A DNA stretch of 51,007 bases from Candidatus Binataceae bacterium. GTDB taxonomy: Bacteria; Desulfobacterota; Binatia; Binatales; Binataceae. The DNA lies in assembly GCA_050010455.1 (NCBI GenBank), contig JBEKLA010000025.1:1-51007 (forward strand). The letters run 5' to 3'. The notes under the pieces were generated by a model that saw only the letters and a program-made list of their open reading frames with translations, was not told the origin of the DNA and made no database searches. Of this stretch, positions 45,988-51,007 are shown in pieces (within the stretch, counting starts at the first letter, position 1; every line of letters begins with the position of its first letter). The translations under genes were made by a program, and so were the position numbers.

Positions 45988-47916
45988 TTAATCTTTGACT
46001 TCCTTGAAGTCGGCGTCGACGACGTCTTCCTTCTTAGCCTGCTGCTCGGCTCCGCCGCTGTCGCCGCCCGGTGCCTCGCCGGGATGGCCCTCGGCCCCCG
46101 GCGCGCTCTGGCGAGCCTTGCTGTACATCGCTTCCGCCAGCTTGTGCGAGGCGTTGGCGAGGTTCTCGGCCGCGTGATTCATCTCGTCGGCGTCCTTGCT
46201 CTCGAGTTTGCTCTTTGCGGTCGCGATCGCCTCTTCGACCGTTTTTCTCGAAGCCTCGTCGAGGCTGGAACCGTAATCTTTCAGCGACTTCTCGGTCGTA
46301 TAGATCATGTTGTCGAGCTTGTTGCGAGCCTCGACCTCCGCGCGCTTGCGCTTGTCTTCGTCGGCGTGCGATTGCGCCTCCCCCACCATCCGCTTGATCT
46401 CGGCTTCGGTCAGGCCGGAAGACGCGGTGATTCGAATCGACTGCTCCTTGTTGGTCCCCAGGTCCTTGGCATGGACGTTGACGATACCGTTGGCGTCGAT
46501 ATCGAAGCTGACCTCGACTTGAGGCAGGCCGCGCGGCGCGGGTGGAATGCCGACCAGATCGAACTGGCCGAGCAGCTTGTTGTCGGCCGCCATCTCGCGC
46601 TCGCCCTGGAACACGCGAATCGTGACCGCGGTCTGATTATCCTGCGCGGTCGAGAACACCTGGCTCTTGCGCGTCGGGATAGTGGTGTTCTTCTCGATAA
46701 GCTTGGTGAAAACGCCGCCCAGGGTCTCGATACCCAGCGACAGCGGCGTGACGTCGAGCAGCAATACGTCCTTGACTTCGCCCTTGAGCACGCCCGCCTG
46801 GATAGCGGCGCCCACCGCCACGACTTCGTCCGGATTGACGCCCTTATGCCCTTCGCGGCCGAACAGGCGGCGCACGCGTTCCTGAACCGCCGGCATCCGG
46901 GTCATGCCGCCGACCAGGACGACTTCGTTGATGTCGCTAGCCTTGAGTCCGGCGTCGCGCAGCGCCGTGATACACGGCTGGTCCATCCGGTCCAGCAGAT
47001 CGGCGCACAGGGCTTCGAGCTTCGCCCGCGTGAGCTTCATGTTGAGATGCTTGGGACCGGTCTGATCGGCAGTGACGAACGGCAGATTGATATCGGTCTC
47101 CATCACGGTGGATAGCTCGCACTTGGCCTTCTCGGCCGCTTCCTTCAGCCGCTGCAACGCCATCCGATCCTTGCGCAGGTCGATTCCCTGGTCCTTGCGG
47201 AATTCGTCGGCCAGATAATCGATAATCCGCTGATCGAAGTCCTCGCCGCCCAGGAAGGTGTCGCCGTTGGTCGCCTTTACTTCGAAGACGCCTTCGCCCA
47301 ACTCGAGAATCGAAATATCGAACGTGCCGCCGCCCAGGTCGAAGACCGCTATCTTCTCGTCCTTCTTTTTGTCGAGGCCGTAGGCGAGCGACGCCGCGGT
47401 AGGCTCGTTGATAATTCGCAGCACGTTGAGGCCCGCGATCCGGCCCGCGTCCTTGGTCGCCTGGCGCTGGCTGTCGTTGAAATAGGCCGGCACCGTGATC
47501 ACCGCTTCGGTGACCTTTTCGCCCAGATAATCCTCGGCGGTCTGCTTCATCTTTTGCAGGACGAAGGCCGAAATCTCGGCCGGGCTGTATTTCTTGCCGC
47601 GAATCTCGACCCAGGCCGCGCCGTCGTCGTTGCGCACGACTTTATACGGCAATACCTTGAGCGCCTTTTGCACTTCGGCGTCTTCGAAACGCCGGCCCAT
47701 CAGGCGCTTGATCGCGAATACGGTGTTGGTCGGATTGGTAATCGCCTGGCGCTTCGCGATCTGGCCCACCAGCCGCTCATTGGATTCCGTGAAGGCGACC
47801 ACCGACGGAGTGGTCCGGCTGCCTTCGGAATTGGCGATCACGGCCGGATCGCCACCTTCCATGATCGCGACGCAGCTATTGGTGGTTCCCAGGTCGATAC
47901 CTATAACTTTGGCCAT
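45988..47916 (-). CDS. dnaK: Molecular chaperone DnaK (Hsp70)
   Basis: [32 protein letters not shown]. Confidence 0.97.
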   Translation of the reverse strand: MAKVIGIDLGTTNSCVAIMEGGDPAVIANSEGSRTTPSVVAFTESNERLVGQIAKRQAITNPTNTVFAIKRLMGRRFEDAEVQKALKVLPYKVVRNDDGAAWVEIRGKKYSPAEISAFVLQKMKQTAEDYLGEKVTEAVITVPAYFNDSQRQATKDAGRIAGLNVLRIINEPTAASLAYGLDKKKDEKIAVFDLGGGTFDISILELGEGVFEVKATNGDTFLGGEDFDQRIIDYLADEFRKDQGIDLRKDRMALQRLKEAAEKAKCELSTVMETDINLPFVTADQTGPKHLNMKLTRAKLEALCADLLDRMDQPCITALRDAGLKASDINEVVLVGGMTRMPAVQERVRRLFGREGHKGVNPDEVVAVGAAIQAGVLKGEVKDVLLLDVTPLSLGIETLGGVFTKLIEKNTTIPTRKSQVFSTAQDNQTAVTIRVFQGEREMAADNKLLGQFDLVGIPPAPRGLPQVEVSFDIDANGIVNVHAKDLGTNKEQSIRITASSGLTEAEIKRMVGEAQSHADEDKRKRAEVEARNKLDNMIYTTEKSLKDYGSSLDEASRKTVEEAIATAKSKLESKDADEMNHAAENLANASHKLAEAMYSKARQSAPGAEGHPGEAPGGDSGGAEQQAKKEDVVDADFKEVKD

Positions 47917-48067
47917 TTAGAGATGCCTCTTGCTCTTATTAATCAGAATTCGAATCGCGCGATCGTCACAATATCTCTACGATTCGCGATAAAGTTAACC
48001 ACGTTATTGGTCTTTTCAACGCCGTTCGATTCTCCGGCGGCGCAACAACCGACGACGGCTTCGGAGG

Positions 48068-48673
48068 CTAGTTATTCGCCTCTTCATCGCCCCCCGAAAC
48101 CGCAGCCTTGGCGACGGTGACCCGTGCCGGACGCAGCGTTCGATCGCCGATCTGGTAGCCGCGATTGAACTCCTCGACCACGGTGTTCGGCTGATGGGTC
48201 GAGCTTTCGACCTGGCTGACTGCCTCGTGGCGTAAGGGATCGAAGGGTTGGCCTATCGCGCTCACCTGGGTCACGCCTTGATTGCGCAAAAAATCGTGCA
48301 TCGTGCGCAGCACCAGCTCGACTCCCTCGACGATCGGCTTGCCGTTGCCGCCGCCGCGCGCCGCCTCGACGGCGCGTTCGAGGTTGTCGACGATCGTCAG
48401 CAGCTCGCGGAGCAGCGCTTCCTTCTGGATACGCACCGATTCCTCGCTCTGCTGGCGGATACGCTTGCGGGTGTTCTCGGAATCGGCCAATACGCGCAGG
48501 TATTTATCCTTGAGATCGGCGATTTCGCGGTCTTTTTCCTGAATCGCGGCGTTTAGCTTGTCCACTTCTGATGAGGGGATCAGTTCCGCGTCGGCCTCGG
48601 CAGGCTCGACTTCCTGTTCGGCCTCCGCAACGATCGGATGCTCGCTTTCTGAATTCGACGGTTTCCCAGCCAT
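48068..48673 (-). CDS. grpE: Nucleotide exchange factor GrpE
   Basis: Coiled-coil N-terminus and FDPLRHEAV, with the typical C-terminal beta domain. Start placed at ATG 48671-48673 (GAGGAAG upstream); the ORF extends to 48691. Confidence 0.9.
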   Translation of the reverse strand: MAGKPSNSESEHPIVAEAEQEVEPAEADAELIPSSEVDKLNAAIQEKDREIADLKDKYLRVLADSENTRKRIRQQSEESVRIQKEALLRELLTIVDNLERAVEAARGGGNGKPIVEGVELVLRTMHDFLRNQGVTQVSAIGQPFDPLRHEAVSQVESSTHQPNTVVEEFNRGYQIGDRTLRPARVTVAKAAVSGGDEEANN

Positions 48674-48835
48674 TCGCTTCCTCGGGCGCATAACTTACGA
48701 GCTAAAGTAAGCACGATTACGCCGTCCGCCAAGGCGGGTCGCCATGAAAGTCGCGTTCAAATGACGGAACCAACGGGAAGCTTGATTAGCCGAACCCGGA
48801 AATGACGGGGATCGGGTCGTCCGTGAGCGCAGCGG

Positions 48836-49867
48836 CTACGGTTCGAGAACCCGGGACAGCGCCTTCGCGGTGTACTCGACCAGCGGAATCACCCGGCCGT
48901 AGTCCATCCGCACCGGCCCGACGATGGCGACGCTGCCGAGCGCTGCCGGCCCGCTGGCGTAGACGGCCGCCACGACGCTCAAATCGTTGAGCCGGGCGTC
49001 GACGTTCTCCGACCCGATCGACACCATCAGGCCGGGCCCGTTGAGGCTGCGTTCCAGCAGATTCAGGATAGCGGTCTTATCCTCGAGCGCCCGCAGCAGT
49101 TCCTTGAGCTTGTTGACGTCGGCAAACTCCGGCTGCTCGGCGGCTTGAGCGTTGCCCTCGACGTAAACCTCGGTCGGCGCGGGCCGGCCGATAACCGCGT
49201 CGCCCAGGGTCAGGGCGGCCCGGGCAAGATGGTCATAGCGAGCCCGTTCTTCGCGCAGCGCTTGTTCGATACGCCGCCGCGCCCCCTCCAGCGTCTGCCC
49301 GTTGACGCATTGGTTCAGGTAATTCGACATCCGATCGAGTTCGTCCTGGCCGTGGTCGTCTTCAGTCTCGATCAGTCGGCTCTGGACGCCTCCGACCTGA
49401 GCCACAAAAACCGCCAGCACCTGGCGCGATCGCACCCGCACCAGGTTAACCCGCTCCAAAACGATCGATTCGAGCCGGGGCGCGACCACCACAGCCGCCT
49501 GCCCGGTCAGCAGCGCAAGCAACCGCGACGTATCCCGCATCGTCGCGACCAAGTCGCCGCTCCGTTCCGAGTAGTGGAACTCGATCTGGGCGCGGTCGCG
49601 AAAGCCGATATCAGGCTGATTGGGAATAATCGAGTCGACGTAAAAGCGAAACGCCTTGCCGGTCGGGACGCGGCCGGCCGAGGTGTGCGGCTGATGGAGG
49701 AATCCCTCGGCTTCCAGCTCCGCCATCATGCTACGGACGGACGCGGCGCGCACTCCGAGGCTGTACTTGGAAGCTAGATGCAGCGAACCGACCGGTTCCG
49801 CCGTGGTGATAAAATCCTGGACCACGGCGAGAAGCAGATTCCGCCGCCTGTGCGTCAATACGTCCAT
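48836..49867 (-). CDS. hrcA: Heat-inducible transcription repressor HrcA
   Basis: LTHRRRNLLLAVVQDFITTAEPVGS, SVRSMMAELEAEGFLHQPHTSAGRVPT. Start set to ATG 49865-49867. Confidence 0.9.
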   Translation of the reverse strand: MDVLTHRRRNLLLAVVQDFITTAEPVGSLHLASKYSLGVRAASVRSMMAELEAEGFLHQPHTSAGRVPTGKAFRFYVDSIIPNQPDIGFRDRAQIEFHYSERSGDLVATMRDTSRLLALLTGQAAVVVAPRLESIVLERVNLVRVRSRQVLAVFVAQVGGVQSRLIETEDDHGQDELDRMSNYLNQCVNGQTLEGARRRIEQALREERARYDHLARAALTLGDAVIGRPAPTEVYVEGNAQAAEQPEFADVNKLKELLRALEDKTAILNLLERSLNGPGLMVSIGSENVDARLNDLSVVAAVYASGPAALGSVAIVGPVRMDYGRVIPLVEYTAKALSRVLEP

Positions 49868-50013
49868 AACGTCCGCTATTCTGTTCCAATCATACGCGAT
49901 TGCAAGCAATCTTTGAACCAGATCTGGCCAATCTCGATGCTATGCTTGAACCAATTTGACAAGGACGAAAACTAATCGCTAAAACCAGCGAAGATCACGA
50001 TACTTTCGCTGCC

Positions 50014-50850
50014 ATGCCAACCAAATACGTCGAAGTTCAGGACCACGCCATTTACTACCACTATGTGGGCCGCACCACGCTGCCGGATGTAACTCCGGAT
50101 TTCTCGCGTGGCCATGCGATGCTGTTTATCCACGCGGCCGGCTCCAATGGCAATAGCTGGCACAAACAGTTGGATTATTTCGGTGTCGAGCACAGCCCAA
50201 TCGCGCTCGACCTGCCCGGGCACGGGCGTTCGTCCGGCGTCGAGGGCTTCGCTTCGGTGCGCGAATACGCCGACTTCGTCGCGGCGTTCGCGGGGGCGCT
50301 CAAGCTCAAGTCGGCGGTAATCGTGGGGCGTTCGATGGGTGGCGCGGTCGCGATGGATCTCGCGATTCGCCATCCCCATCTGGTCGAGGCGCTGGTGCTG
50401 GTTGCGACTGCGGCCAAGTTCGATGTTCCGGCCGACCGGGTCGCCGGTCTCAAGGCGGTCGCCCAGGGGCGCGCGCCGCAGGCCTTCGTCACGATGGGAT
50501 TCTCGCCCAAGACGGTTGCCGACAACTTCGGCGTTATCCGCGAATCCTGGATGGAGCAAATCAAGACCGATCCGCGCGTGCGCTATACTGATGTGCTCGC
50601 CTGCAACGCGGTCGACCTCCGTGCCGATCTCAAGAAGATCCAAAAGCCGACGCTGGTGATCGCCGGCGCCGACGACGAGACCACTCCGCCCGCGAATGCG
50701 GAACTGATCAAGCGCGAGATCGGTGATCGCGCGCGTCTGGAAATCATCGCCGACGCGGCCCATAACGTCCCGACCGAAAAGCCGCGCGAGGTCAACGACG
50801 CGATCGACAGATTCCTCAAGGCGGCGTTGCCCAAGCGCCGGCGCAAATGA
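50014..50850 (+). CDS. Alpha/beta-fold hydrolase
   Basis: HAAGSNG, nucleophile elbow GRSMGG, catalytic His context ADAAHNVPTEKP. Confidence 0.85.
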   Translation: MPTKYVEVQDHAIYYHYVGRTTLPDVTPDFSRGHAMLFIHAAGSNGNSWHKQLDYFGVEHSPIALDLPGHGRSSGVEGFASVREYADFVAAFAGALKLKSAVIVGRSMGGAVAMDLAIRHPHLVEALVLVATAAKFDVPADRVAGLKAVAQGRAPQAFVTMGFSPKTVADNFGVIRESWMEQIKTDPRVRYTDVLACNAVDLRADLKKIQKPTLVIAGADDETTPPANAELIKREIGDRARLEIIADAAHNVPTEKPREVNDAIDRFLKAALPKRRRK

Positions 50851-51007
50851 CGCCGACCGGGTAACGGCGCATCGCCGCGCGAGAGGCGGGAAAGAAATTT
50901 CGACTTGATCGCGAAGTTCCGCGCTTGGTATCTGGGGAGCGATAAGAAGCCTGGCCCTATCGGGTCAGGCTTCGATGTTTTGGGCGACAGAGAGGCGGGC
51001 GATTATA

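Overview
GC-rich bacterial chromosomal window. Envelope genes are diderm-type (beta-barrel porin, LysM L,D-transpeptidase); the taxon cannot be assigned by eye. I can support about 57 protein genes or pseudogenes and see no rRNA, tRNA or CRISPR array. All functional calls come from motif recognition by eye; no searches were run. (i) 1-5.3 kb: a phage-type DNA-packaging block on the minus strand (small HTH ORF, large terminase, terS-like HTH protein, ParB-domain DNA methyltransferase). A divergent orphan gene with a CGNR-like zinc ribbon sits beside it. The block runs off the left edge. (ii) 5.5-26 kb: mixed housekeeping and envelope genes (SAM-MTase, 13-repeat FG-GAP/VCBS protein, PEBP, SDR, TauE+DUF1634, cinA, pgpA, deoxyhypusine-synthase-like + CysQ-like pair, MFS, XRE regulator, porin, glnA, DedA). 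A rearrangement scar lies at 18.9-20.6 kb (AT-rich spacer, acyl-CoA dehydrogenase 3' remnant). (iii) 26-43 kb: a CoA-thioester/oxidoreductase neighbourhood (MBL, enoyl-CoA hydratase, two LLM oxidoreductases, tandem EthD, ispG, AhpD-like, nitronate monooxygenase, family III CoA-transferase, thiolase-like/DUF35/PHP/MaoC-MaoC operon). A small accessory island interrupts it at 36.3-38.4 kb and is my best candidate for an undescribed system. The island holds its own sigma70-like promoter, a minimal HExxH zincin with a polyarginine tail and an unrecognisable 183-aa partner. It also holds the orphaned 3' end of an alpha/beta-hydrolase paralogue (full copy at 50014-50850) and a toxin-first RelE/ParE-Phd module. 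(iv) 43-51 kb: L,D-transpeptidase + MepK-like M15 peptidase, hrcA-grpE-dnaK-dnaJ (no CIRCE visible), alpha/beta hydrolase.
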